Shown here: positions 51,991-64,000 of the stretch, piece by piece | Layout of the letters: every line of letters starts with the position of its first letter | How positions within the stretch are numbered: the stretch's first letter is position 1 | From: Vicugna vicugna | Lineage: Eukaryota | Assembly (NCBI GenBank): GCA_013265495.1 | Contig: MU057801.1 | Coordinates: 310,001-374,000, forward strand | Direction of reading: 5' to 3' | Length of the DNA: 64,000 bases | Notes under the pieces: generated by a model | What the model was told of the DNA's origin: nothing | What the model saw: only the letters and a program-made list of their open reading frames with translations | Database searches by the model: none | Position numbers and translations under genes: made by a program

Positions 51991-52140
51991 TTTTTAAAAA
52001 ACTATTTTATTTATTTTTTTGTTTTGGGGGAAGTAATTAGCTTTATTTTCACTTTTTTATTTTAATGGAGGAACTGGGGATTGAACCCAGGACCTGGTGC
52101 ATGCTAAGCACGCACTTTACCACTGAGCTATACCCTCCCC
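51991..52140 (-). mobile_element. tRNA-Ala-derived SINE
   Basis: ggggattgaacccaggacctggtgcatgctaagcacgcactttaccactgagctataccctcccc plus T-rich tail. Confidence 0.92.
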
Positions 52141-53699
52141 TCTAACAAGGTATCTTATTTAACAAATACCTTTTGGAGAAGAACAGAAGGAATGGGGAAG
52201 AAAGGAGAAAAAAAAACACACGGAAAAGATTAGTGGTGAATGTAGACTCTGCTCTAGTGATTTTTTTTTTTCCTATCAAAATGCAGCCCAGCAGCCATGT
52301 GAATGCCTGAGATTTGAACCTAATGAGACGGGAAGGTCACAGTTTTGCCTGGAAATCCTGGTCCTGCAGGATTTCTTTTACCTTCGCATTGGGCCAAGTG
52401 CCAACCTGGTGACCTTCAGGATGTGATATTAAATTCTCAGCTTTTATTCACCATGTAGCCTGCATGTGCCCAGCTGGTAGAAAACCCTTTGGCATCCATC
52501 ACGAGATGTAGCACCTTGAACTGAACATTCATATATTTAACTCCATGGTATAGGATTGGGACCATGTTACACACGATCATATATGTAACATAGAAACACA
52601 TTCGAAACAGAGTTCCTCTCCTTCTGCACTTGGAGTTGATTTACACACTGTACTTTGAAACAAGTACAAGCAGCAAACCAAATAATGTAGATAAGAATCT
52701 CCAGATTCTCCTATCAATCCCTAGCTGACTGTTGTAGAAGTAAGCTTTTGGCTGACATCACGAAGATGGTTTTCTTAACACCCTTCTGCCAGAATATGCA
52801 CTGAGACATCTTCCAGGCTTAAAAACAGAGCTTTGGCTACAGATGCCTGAGTTCTGTTTTTCAGTGTGTAGGACCAGGCAGTGAAATTCAATGGTGAAGG
52901 ATTTTAGAAATCCTTTCTAGAAGCTCTCAGAAAGCCCATTTTTAGGACAGCGAGTGAGTCATCTGTAGCCCATCTTATTTATTCAACTACATCTGTAGCT
53001 CTGTTTTGCTGTCGTTGCTTTCCAGCTTAACTTCAGTGATTGTGACGTTAAAAATTTGGGGTTTGACCGTTTAACTCTTGAGGTTTAAATGGTTGAAATA
53101 CCCTGAACTGGTTTGGCCAAACCCCTAAGATTCCATAAATGTGAAAGAAACAAAGATCACCATGTTCAGTTTTCTCTGCCAAGTTTAAAAATTGGGTAAA
53201 ATTCATATTTAAAGCATTCCCCTGAAGTATGATTTATTGTAGCCCATTTCAGCGAGCACAAATCTGGCTCATAATTTAGTATTAACATAAATCAGAATAA
53301 TCTGATCCACCATCCTCCCCTCCCCCTGCCCTGCGGTTTCATCCTTTAGTTTTAAAACGTGTATTTCAGCACAAAGATCCAGCTGAAGCTGCTGTGACTT
53401 TCACAGACGGGAAGATTTTCACATCTGCGCTGCTCTGTTGCCCCTCTGATGACATTTTTATCAGAGCAGCTTGTGCCAAACACGCAAAGGTTACCAGGAC
53501 GCAGATAACACAGCTTAATGGGGTCAAATCAAGCTGATTCATGATCACTGTGGAGAAGAATGTGCTCCTGGGGGAAATACTCGTGCTGAAAAATCCCATA
53601 AACCAAACCACTTGTTTATCTGTCATTCCCGCAGAGATAGTAATGCAATTACTCTCGTAATTATCTTCATTAGTGTCAGGCATTATCTACGATTCATTC

Positions 53700-54850
53700 C
53701 TCTGCGCGGAGCGTGTGTTTGTTGATTTGCCGGTCCCCCCACCTCTCGGGGCTGGCCGGGTGCGCAGTCGTGTGTTTGCAGAGCCGCGCTCGGCATCTGT
53801 GCGCGCGGCGCCCGCAGCCTCCGCCCTGAACCCGAGCTCGCCTCTCGCAGGTCCAGCGCTCCGGCGCGCACTCGCTGACGTCCGCCCTGCATTACTTGGT
53901 TCCCGTGCGGCCGCGACGACAGATTGTCTACCCTCTGGAAAAGCTTGGCACCAACGCTCCATCAAAGGAGGTCTCCAAGGACGCGGTGGGTAGCCGGTGG
54001 CAGCAGGCGGGGCGGCGCGGAGCCGGCGCGGGCGGGCGTGGCAGATGGGGCGGCGCTGCCCGCGCGACGGGCGGCTGCTCCTGCATCCCCCGCGCCTGCC
54101 TTCGGGGGCGCCCCCGCCCCGGGCTCCCCGCGGCCCCTTCCCTCCGGCGGCGGCTCCTTCCCCGCGCGCGCCCGGAGCAGGAGCCGAGGGGTCCCTGGCG
54201 ACACTCCCCGCGGGGACGCCTCCGTGTGGAGCCCACCTCCCGGCACCGTTCTGGTGTTTACCCCTTTGTCAAAAGCAGATTCCACCGCCACACCCCTTTC
54301 CCTCGTGCCTCGCTTTCAGGGTTTGACACAACACAGCTGGCTGCCCTGAGGACCTGCGGGTCTGAGTCCTGGGCGCCATAGGTTAACTGCTCCACGGGGA
54401 GCGTATCCGCTCCCTGGGCGCAGGTGACCTTAAAATGCACGGCCCGGGGCACTCGGTTCCAGAGCAGGAGGGACGGAAACCCACCCTAGATTCCGCTTTA
54501 AATGGAAGTGGATGTGCCGACAAGGGCACACGCAGCCGTGCTCAGCGGCGTCCCTGGAAACGCGACTGTCGGGTGGACTCACACGTAGGCGTGTGCAGTT
54601 TGTGTAACCGCCACTTACCAAGGGAGGAAAAACATCCCTCCGTGGGCTGACGTTTATCCTTGGTGAAGGAGAGGAGAGGAAGGCGGAAAGTCGAGGAGCT
54701 GCTGAGCAGCGCTGGGTGCGGGGCTCTGAGATCAACAACCCACCGCAGCCCCGGGGTGGGGCGCGCAGGACGTGGTCGTCCCGCTGCCCGCTCCCCTCCC
54801 GCCTCATCCTGGGGGGCGGCGTTCCCACCGAGACCCACGTGCTGCTCGCT
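53700..54850. promoter_or_regulatory. Intragenic CpG island covering the 135-nt CFAP61 exon
   Basis: Very dense CpG and GC boxes (ggggcgg, cgcgcg) judged by eye; not computed. Confidence 0.7.
53851..53985 (+). CDS. CFAP61: CFAP61 coding exon (135 nt): VQRSGAHSLTSALHYLVPVRPRRQIVYPLEKLGTNAPSKEVSKDA
   Basis: Acceptor cctctcgcag; donor GCG|GTGGGT; conserved AHSLTSALHYLVPVRPRRQIVYPLEKLG motif. Confidence 0.95.
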
Positions 54851-56386
54851 GTGACCAGGCTGCTCTAAGTCCTACATTTATCTTTATATCTGGAAAATCA
54901 AAAATACATTTATTTTTATTTTCTGATAAATGCTAAATTTGTATGTGAGTAGAGACCAAAACCAAACAATTCTGCTTCCCTCTCCAACTCTTAATGATGG
55001 AAAATGGGAAACGGAGGATAATAGAGAGTCCTGCGAAGCCAGGCTTCTCCTTCTGTCTGTGCTGAGGGACCTTTCTTCTTCTGCTTTTTTTAAACGTACA
55101 ATCCCTCGTAGCCTGATAGTTCTGTGAAACGTGGATTCCTAAAAAAGGAGCTTTAAAGGCAAAGGCAGAATTCAAGTCTGGTGTTTCATCATTAGGTTTA
55201 ACAGACACAGCATCACTCTGTCCAGTTGCTCAAAAGCATCTGAACGCAGAGGGGGCGCATCTCAGCCCAGAGACTCCCCGGGACTCGGCACTCGAGAGTC
55301 AACAGTGTGCAACTCTTGGCCGGTTTTGGATCTTCTATGCCCCCACCCACTTCCCCTTCCTGCCTTGTCATTTTGAAGTAATGCCCAGATGCGTGTCACT
55401 CCATCTGGGACCACAGGCGTGTCCTTGGTAGCGGGCCCCCAGCATCACAGCTCACGCTCTATCCGGTCTAGAGGTGAAAAGGCGGTCCATCTGGAGGACC
55501 GTGGGGCAGGCCCCCGGGGGGTCTGCTGGTGTGTGGAGATCCTGGGGGTGGACTCTTTCGGGGTGAGAGCCACAAGAGTGGGTAGGGGTCGGGGAGCGTG
55601 GCTTCATTTGTGTCAGTCCCCGAAACACAGCTTAGGGGCGTCGTGCTGATCCCAGGGAAGGGGCTGTGGGTACAAAGCAGGGGTCGCGGCTTCTGCGTGA
55701 GCGATGCTGCCCTCTTGCAGCCACTGATGAGTTGTCTTCAGGGAGGAGAGACCATCCGCTGGGTCAGGAGAAGCCCTTACACGCCCGGGGCAGCCCATGG
55801 CTTGAGAGCCTCCTGCTGGTCCTCGGGGGCATGTGTGGCGTGGCTGGAGGGATGGGGAGCAGGACAGGGCTGCCCAGTGGGGATCAGGAGCAGCCTTCCT
55901 GAACTTCAGGAATCTCCCACCACCACCCAGAGAAAACATGTTGCATTGACAACGATCTGATCATTACTTCCCAGGTTGTTCTGAGTTGAAATCATTGCTA
56001 ACATTTAAAACCCTTTTCCCCGTGGTCACCTCTGTGTGCTGTGTGCCCACAACCCCGGTGTATTTCAAGACATAGAGGAGCGTGCTTTTTAAATCCGGGC
56101 TCCAGGAAGACATCCCCCTGGCAGCGGGCGGGGCTGGAGCTGGGGCCGCGGCTGTGGCCGTGCTGCTTGCCACACTGGCGAAGCCGGGCTCTGCGGGAAG
56201 CTTCACTGCTGCGTGTCGTGCTCATTCTTGAGAAGGTTTTAGTCAAGGTTCCGATTTAGTGAACAAGACCTAGTGAGAATGTTAGAAATCCTAAAAGTTT
56301 ACCCAAAGGATTGTCAAGAGCATAATCCACATGGGATGAGCCTAGACGTTCAAAAGTTAAAACGCTACATTGTACTATTTTAAATT

Positions 56387-56656
56387 AAAAAAATTGATTG
56401 ACGTGTAGTTGATTTGCAATGTTAGTTTCAGGAGTACAGCACAGTGATTCAGTTATACATACACATGCATATATATATTTTTCCTTTTCGGATTCTTTTC
56501 CATTACATGTTATTATAAGAAACTGAATGCAGTTCCCTGTGCTACACAGTAGGTCCTTGTTGTTTATCTATTTTGTGTACAGTAGTGTGTGTCTGTTAGC
56601 CCCCAGCCCCTGATGTATTCCAATCTGCCCTTTCCCCTTTGGTAACCATGGTTTAT
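56387..56656 (-). mobile_element. 5'-truncated L1 3' end
   Basis: 3'UTR motifs; TSD tactattttaaatt / tattattttaaatt. Confidence 0.85.
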
Positions 56657-58577
56657 TATTATTTTAAATTTTAGAAAACATTTTAGGTGGATTTAATGTT
56701 TTAGGCTGATTATCTGGGACAAGGTGAGCCAAATAGGACATTTTTAGGAGGAATTTATGGAGGGTCTTAAACGCGTTGATTTTGAGCAGAGCAGACAGCA
56801 GCACAGCCTTTGGGCTGGGTGAGGCTGAGCGGTTGCCTTACGAAAGGAGTTCCTTTTTTCCCTGTAAGTTTATACTCGCCAGGACCTGGAGCTCATACAG
56901 GAACCTTGGCTCCCTCACACGTCTGCGCATTTCTCTTCCTGGGCGCTGGCCTTTCATACGTCTCATCCCATTTAAACCATCTCTGACTGACCGTCCGTTC
57001 CATTGCTTTCGCCTAAGAAGCCAGTCCTCCAGGGAACAGAGCACTCCAGGCGTGAGTAATGGGGTAGAACGCGTTTCATCTCGGTGGGCTGCCAATTTGA
57101 ATCTGGCACAAGCCAGCAGTGATTGAAATTCATCACCGCATGGCCGGGACATATGCCCCCTCCCACCCCAAGGCCCGGGAGCTGCTGCCGGGCTGGCAGG
57201 CTGGGGGTCCCTGCCACAAAACCTTCCCGATCGTGCCTATGGATTGACAGCCCACTCCATACCGGGCCCCAGGAAAGGACCCGGAAAACGTGCGAATGAT
57301 TTTCATCACACGTTGCAGAGGCGGGCCTGCAGGTTCCTCACAGCTCACGGGCAACCAGGAGCGATTCGCGGGTGGGGGAAGGCTTCCTCCTGACCAGGAC
57401 CCATGTGCAGTGGACCTGGAAGGCTCGTCGCTTAGCTCAGTGTGCTGTCTTGGGCTGCACATTTGCGCTCTGAGCAGTATTCTGGTGGGAATTTTTTGTG
57501 ACGTGAATCAGCGTGGCCCACTTGCATGAGAAACTGTTGTCAGGGAAATACACAGACTTTGGCTGAGTGACCTGAGTGGCCGTGTTGATGAAAGTCAGTG
57601 GAGCGGGTTGACCTGCACTTACTTTGGGGGGGTTCTGTGTGCCAGCTGGCACGCTTTTCTTCCTGCCTCCCCCACAAGGATTCAGAGATGGCTGTGACAG
57701 GGTCCCCACGCTCGGGGACCTTACGGCCCAGCGTCAGTATTGATGTGGAACCGTTCGGGGCTGGTTAAACCAGGGGTACGAGGGGGCTGCACCAGCCCCC
57801 GGGAGCCAGAGACAGACTCGGGAGGAAGCTCACACTCAGGGTAGACCTGTTCCCTTGGGAAGGGCTATGTCTGGTCCAAGACACTGTTTCCTTTCCGAGC
57901 CCGGGATTTTAAATGGCTCTTCCTCGTGTTATTAAACACCCGGGAACCTGCTCGCGTCAGTGTGGACCCGTGCACGCCACCATCCTCTCGAGTGGCTGGA
58001 GTTCCCTATCTTGGTCTGTAGTAGTGTGGAATTCCAGTGTGAACTCAGCTCTCCTTTTTTTTTTTTTCAAAAAACTTTTGGGCCGCATCAATCCATCGCC
58101 TCCCAGATGACAGCATCATCCCAGCGCTCGCACAGTCAGAGTGATCAGCACCCGCTGGTATTTTTCGTAGTTGTTTATTAGTGACGGTCTGTTTCAATCT
58201 CGACGAATGAATTGTCTGAAGCCTCCGTTTTCCCTTTGTCCTTCTACAAAAGAAAAATGACGGTTTGTTTAACCCCCCCTTCTTGGAGCTAAGTGCTGGC
58301 CCGCTTTTTCCTGGTATGTGATCTCCCTGGAAGATGTCACTCGCCGGCTTTCAGTTACCCTTTGAATTGCCCCTTTCATCTGGTCTTCTCCAGCCCGGCT
58401 ATAATTACCATCTGATGGACTGTTACTGGATACTGTTTCACTTGTACATCTGCTGCCCTAGGAAATTGCATTATTCTCCCAGCACCTGCTAGGTTTCCCC
58501 CAGCTTAATTGTTTCCCAACCCCTTCCTTAAACTTGGAAACTTTCACTGCCTGTGGTTAGACTGCCCGTGGTTGTGC

Positions 58578-58578
<1 letters not shown>

Positions 58579-58609
<31 letters not shown>
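58579..58609 (+). repeat. (TG)n microsatellite
   Basis: About 15 TG units, read directly. Confidence 0.95.
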
Positions 58610-58610
<1 letters not shown>

Positions 58611-59991
58611 TAAATTAGCCCTTTACTATCTCCTTGGTAGAACTTTCTAAGAATGTAAACCCGTATTTTTCAGCATCGTGTATGCATCATTAATGTGACA
58701 ATAGTGGTATTTTCTTGAAATGAAATTAACCCACTTTAAATCACCGCCACGGGTCCAGTGTGCTTTTTCAAGCCACTTCCTAGCCGTTTCCTATATAGTC
58801 ACACTGCCCGTGGGAAATGCATTTCCTCCTGTTTATGGTGAACCCCTTTCTCTGACATTCTTAGAATCATTTACATAAATTTCTTCATGAGTTCTTTTAT
58901 TTTTTCAAACAAATCCTGCAAGTTCTATGGGCATTTCTTTCCCATTCTCCGAACACTGTCTAGTTTAGTATTACACGCACTGCATACGTATGAATCAGAA
59001 TGACTTATGAAGTGGTGGTTTACCCTCCCTCTTAGAAAGGTCGCGGAGGAATACACCGTTACTGACACATGCCTGGCTCTTGCTAAAGGCGTCCCATGAT
59101 GTGTCCCGCTGAACCCTCACATCAGCGCTTGCGGGCGGTTATGGCTCCTGTCGCCCTCAGTGTCCACAGAAAGCAGGCCTGCAGGAGGGAGAGTGAGCGA
59201 CTCGTCCAAAGGCTAATTCATTGACCGCCAGTTGGAGGCCTAGACTCATACCATCATTCCTGCTTTCTTATCTAAAAAGTAGAAATACCGATGTCATGGC
59301 TTGTTGGAGGAAACCCAGACCACAGAGATGGCGGCCTGGCAGAGACAGACCTTTTGGAATCTCCCAGATTTGGGGCACCAGCCTCGTAATCAAAAGGTGA
59401 CCCCCAGATAACTGGCCTTCCCCAGAGCAGTTTGGGTTTTCCTGTTGGCCGAGTCACCCACGCTCTGGTGTGATGCTGTGCCAGCCGGACCCGGACTGGG
59501 CTGACTGGAAAGGAGCAGACGTGTGGGACCGGGTTGGAGCCCAGGGGTGGCTTTTGCGCAGCCGCTGAGCCAGGCCGTCCGCACTGCCCTGTCTGCCGCG
59601 TCAGCCTGTTGTTGCTATAAACCTTTCGAAATTGCACTGGCAGCCGCTGGGGAAGGTGGAGAGAAAGAACCCTCCCCTGCGGAGCGCACATCCCGCATTC
59701 AGTTCTGTGCTGTGTGTGGCGCTGTTACGAAGTGCTCACGTAAACACCCAGGACGAGAAATGGGGGTCAGTTTGGGAGCTGAGGGACGGACAGAGTGTGT
59801 GCTGGCGGTGTGATGGGCAAGCCTGGACACTTCAGAAATTGGGCTGCTCTGGAGTGGCCGGATGAGGTCTTTAGGGTGTGATAAGAAACGGTGAAAAGTA
59901 AAGTGACTTCTTAACATCTCAGTATTGTCAAAAGTCAGTCGACCCTACATCTCATCATCATTTTCTAAGATAGATGTTGTGGGTTAGTCAG

Positions 59992-60141
59992 TCTCTCTCT
60001 CCCCACCCCCTCCTCCTCTTCCATCTTCCTCCATCCTCTCCCCCCTCCCCCTCCCTCCTCCTCAGTCTTCCTCCATCCTCTCCCTCCCCCTCCCTCCTCC
60101 TCAGTCTTCCTCCATCCTCTCCATCCCTCCGCTCCTCTCTC
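59992..60141 (+). repeat. Polypyrimidine minisatellite, ~39-42-bp unit x ~2.5
   Basis: tcttcctccatcctctccc…ccctcctcctcag repeats at 60024, 60066 and 60105. Confidence 0.9.
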
Positions 60142-60750
60142 TTTAACAGCTTTATTGAGATATAAATCAGATACCATACAATTCACCCATTTAAATTGAA
60201 CAGTTTATTGGTTTTCAGCATAGTCACAGAGTTGGGCAGTCATCACCGTCTCATTTTAGAACCTTCTTGTCACCCCACAAAGAAGCCCATTAGCTATCCC
60301 CCCTGGAGTCCCACCCCCAGCCCTAGGCAGCTGCTGATTTGCTTTCTGTTTCCATGAATTCGTCTGTTCTTGTCGTTTTGTGTATGAGTGGAATTATACA
60401 GTGTGTGGTATTTTGTGATTGTCTTTTTTCACTTAGTGTATTTTCAAGGTTCATCCATTCTGTAGTACGTATCAGTGTTTGATTCCTTTTTACTGCTAAA
60501 TAATATTCAGTTGTGTGGACACATCACATTTTATTTATCCGCTCATCACTTGGTGGGCATGTGAGTTCTCGCCCTGTTTGGCTACAGTGAATGATGTTGC
60601 TGTGGACCTTGGGCACAGGTTTTTATGTGGATGTATGTTTCAGTTCCTCTTGGGTGCTACACCCAGGAGGAGAATTGCTCTGTCACATGGTGACACTACA
60701 TTTAACGTTTTGAGGAACTTCCCAGTTACCTTCCCAGGTGGCAGCACCGT
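60141..60750 (-). mobile_element. Old L1M 3' end (L1MB-like)
   Basis: taacagctttattgagatataa…ccatacaattcacccatttaaa…ttttcaaggttcatccat. Confidence 0.8.
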
Positions 60751-62034
60751 TTTGTTCTCTCTCATTCTGAGATCGGGCCCAGCGTTCCTGCTATTAAGTG
60801 GTGAAGGGCTGGTCAACACGAGGCCATGGATGGACTGTGAACCTCACTGTTCTTCAGTTTTAGGAGTGAAGCTTTGAGAGAGGACCACACAGGTTTGGCA
60901 GTTCACCACCCATCACAACTTCAGTCCTTTTGAAAGCAGAGATTTTTCTAGAATAAAATCTCTTCTGCCCTTATCTTCCCTGCTTCACCCTCTCTCGTCC
61001 ACCTGCCTCCCAGGGGCCGCTCCGACGTTTTGGAGAGCTCCGACGGCACAGCGAATGTGTGTCCAGATCCCAGGAATGATGGGGAGCACTTCCTGGTTTT
61101 AACCCCAGCGTGGCCTTTGTTTCAGTCCACCTTTAGTAATGTGACTGCTTTTCAGACAGCTCCCAACAGAAAAGAAAATTCTGAGGCTTTCCTGGAGGCT
61201 GGTGAGGTTCTTGCCACAACCCAGTAGGAGGGAAAAAATGCACTCGGTTCCCTGCAGAGCCAGGGTAATGAGTGCGCCGAGGTCCAGAAGTGCCTCGGGG
61301 TGGGAGGCACCAGCTGCCGGCTGCAGAGCTCTGGACGCCAAGCAAGGCTCCTGGGTGGACCTGAGCTCCAGGCAGGAACTGGCCTTCGCAGCTAAGTGGC
61401 TTCCTCAGAATCCGCCTTCCAGGGGGACGGCACGGCCGCCAACAGGAAGCATTGCTTTGTGTATTTTAAAGTAGCTGGGGACATAAAATGACAAAGGGGA
61501 CAATTAGAGCTGCAGATGCCGACTAGGGAAGTTGCATCTTTCCTCTTTGATTAAAATAATATATGTTGTTACAAAAGCCATGCACATTTACGGTAGAAAT
61601 TTTAGGAAAAAACAGTAGAAAGAAAAAATGGATGAAATCTGCACTCCTCTCTCTGTAGATCACCTTTGTGAATATTTTGGTGTTTTTACTTCTAGGTTAT
61701 TTTCCATGAAAAAAAAACATACAAGTAAATACGGGGTCACGAGCACGCAGTGTTTTGAAACATGCACCCCCTACCATGCTGTGAACACCTTTGCAAGTCA
61801 CCAAGGATTCCAGAGCAACGTTCGGGGGGTTGCCTCTTCCTCTGACCGGCCATCCCTCCCTCTGCACCGTGTGACGGGCCTCCTGGGTTATCTTGCCTTG
61901 GTCTCACAGAAGTTTGGGTGCCGTTTGCTCCATCTTGCGTCGGAGGCGACTGAGGTTAGGAGAGGTTTGGTTATGTAGCTGGACGTGAAGCCAGCGCGAC
62001 GTGTGGGGATGAGCACTAGGTACCGGCCGCCTGC

Positions 62035-62457
62035 TTTTTTTTAGAAATTGAAGTAGAGTCAGTTGCAGCGTGTCAATGTCTGGTGTACAGCGTCCTGTCC
62101 TGGTCATGCACATACAGACATACATTCGTTTTCTTATTTTTTATCAAAGGTTATTACAAGATGCTGAATATAGTTCCCTTGCTATACAGAAGAAATCTGT
62201 TTTTTCTAATCTTTTTGTATATATAATGGTTATCATTTGCAAGTCTCAAACTCCCAAATTTGTCCCTTCCCGTCTCCTTTGCCCTCATAACCTACCATAA
62301 GATTATTTACTGTGTCTGTGACTCTGTTTGTTTTGTAGATCAGTTCGTTAGTGTCCTCTTCTGTTTCTTTTTTTTTAGATCCCGCATATGAGTGATATCA
62401 TGTGGCATTTTTCTTTCTCTTTCTGGCCCACTTCACTCAGAATGACGATCTCCAGGT
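62035..62457 (-). mobile_element. 5'-truncated L1 3' end
   Basis: Poly-T, then gaagtagagtcagttgc…gatcccgcatatgagtgatatcatg…cttcactcagaatgac (ORF2 end / 3'UTR). Confidence 0.85.
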
Positions 62458-64000
62458 CCGCTTCTGTCTCCCGGCCCCCTGTATACGTTCACCGCGGCCG
62501 GGCTTCCCCTGCACCCAGAGAGAAAGTGGGCAAGTCCTGTGATTTTCCTGGCCAGTATTAGGCTTTCACAGTTGTGTGGGCCACTCCAAATCACAAAACG
62601 TAGTTCCATAAAATGTCCGGTTTCATTCCATGGATCAAATCAAGACTCAATTTTCGTCCAAAGATGAGAGGCCACCCGCGCCCCCGACTGACGCCCGTGG
62701 CCGGGGAAGGGGGGCGGGGCCTCCTCGCTCTAACTCACCAGGCCCCCACCTGCTGAGCATTTATTTAGCTTATAGTTTAGGTCTATTTATTTTTTAAAGC
62801 TTGTTCATTTCTTAATTATATTTTGGCTCTATTTCTGGTCCTTCTGGAATTGGGGCCAGAGCAGGGAGGGAGAGTCGGGGAGCAGGCAGGTCTGCACTGG
62901 ACCCAGCACAGTGTCGGGGGGTGACTCCTGCTCTGCGGCCCTGCGCCCCCCTCACTGTGGCTGGGGCGCCTTCGGAGATTCTTGTCACCCGGCCCACCGC
63001 CTGCGCTTCCATGCTGTGGGCAGGCACCCTCCAGCTGGGCGGCCTGAGTCTTTCTCGCCCCTTGAGGCGGCCCTGCAGGAAGAACCTCTGGTAAAAGCTG
63101 AGGTCGTCTGTCGGGCAGACTTGGCCCCTTCCCCTCGGGGACCTGGCAGCGGGCCGGCCCATGGAATCTCAGCATCCTTGGGTGGGAAACGCACACTGCT
63201 GCGCCGAGTCCGCTGACGATGGGAGCTCCCTGCAGGATCCCGGGGGCTCCCAGACACCTTTCTTGTGACTTGAAGTGGAAGACGAGCCCCCCTCCTTCCT
63301 CCTAGGGGTGGAGTGGCTTGGGGCCCAGAGTGTCCCAATAGTTCTCATTGAGGAAGTTTCCAGAAAAATCCCTTATGCCCATTCTTCCAACCCTTTCATA
63401 GCTTCACAGTCAATCAGGGGTTTAAAAGCCACTCAGCCCGTGCTTGCCCACCTGCTTTGCCATTTTCACCGGAGGAGCTCCTTTGCAATGTAGCATCCGC
63501 ATCTTCCTACCTCATGGTCCTGTGTGACATCAGCCTCCCTGAGGCCATGCAGCTGCCCGGCTGAGGCTCTGGGACTGCAGCCCAAGGACGCCAGATCCCA
63601 AGACCCACCACTGTTACTTGTAACCAATTTCCTTTCAGTGAATTCCTAGAAACGGTTCTGCTAGGTTGAAGGTAAAGCTCCTGTCTCTAATCGAAAAGCA
63701 CAATGTTTTAGAATTTGAAAATGAAAGCTGTGGCTCCCGACTTGAAGAAGATGGCTTCCCCTCGCAGGGTGTTTGCTTTCACTCAGCAGACCGTCGTCAG
63801 CCCGAGGAACTTGCTTTTATCGTGAGATGTAGATTTTTAAGACAGGTAATCAGGCGTGCAAATGGCCAGTGGTCTTCCATTTCCCTGTGTTCCTCCAGCT
63901 CGACAGAACCTCTGCTCGGAGCCTCCACTCCTGCTGATGGGAGCAGAAGTCATCTCTGTCAAGCCTGGGTCAACTTGGCCAGTCAGTGTTTAAACGGAGT

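Noticed and set aside
53986..54381. Extension of the CFAP61 exon through ORF 53896..54381
   Set aside because: CFAP61 similarity stops at the GT donor at 53986; the rest is R/G/P-rich CpG-island read-through.

Overview
Mammalian genomic DNA, probably camelid (six copies of a tRNA-Ala-derived SINE of the camelid Vic-1 type). The window lies entirely inside CFAP61 (C20orf26), a + strand gene for a ciliary/flagellar calmodulin- and radial-spoke-associated complex subunit. Nine internal coding exons (92, 75, 179, 40, 140, 127, 78, 207 and 135 nt; 1073 nt total) splice into one open frame, provided the intron at 17816-19423 uses a GC donor. The introns contain a 7.4-kb full-length but inactivated LINE-1 with target-site duplication and an internal 215-bp tandem duplication, an older near-full-length L1M carrying a nested Tigger1, many truncated L1 3' ends, MaLR/ERVL LTRs, hAT-Charlie elements, MIR/L2 relics and an AmnSINE1-like relic. 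I found no convincing new protein-coding system. The most interesting signals are a local inverted duplication that preserves a pre-SINE empty site, the GC-AG intron, candidate conserved enhancers (AmnSINE1 relic, homeodomain P3 site, intragenic CpG islands) and a (TCAGGG)5 tract. Gene and repeat family names come from my recollection of consensus sequences, not from searches.
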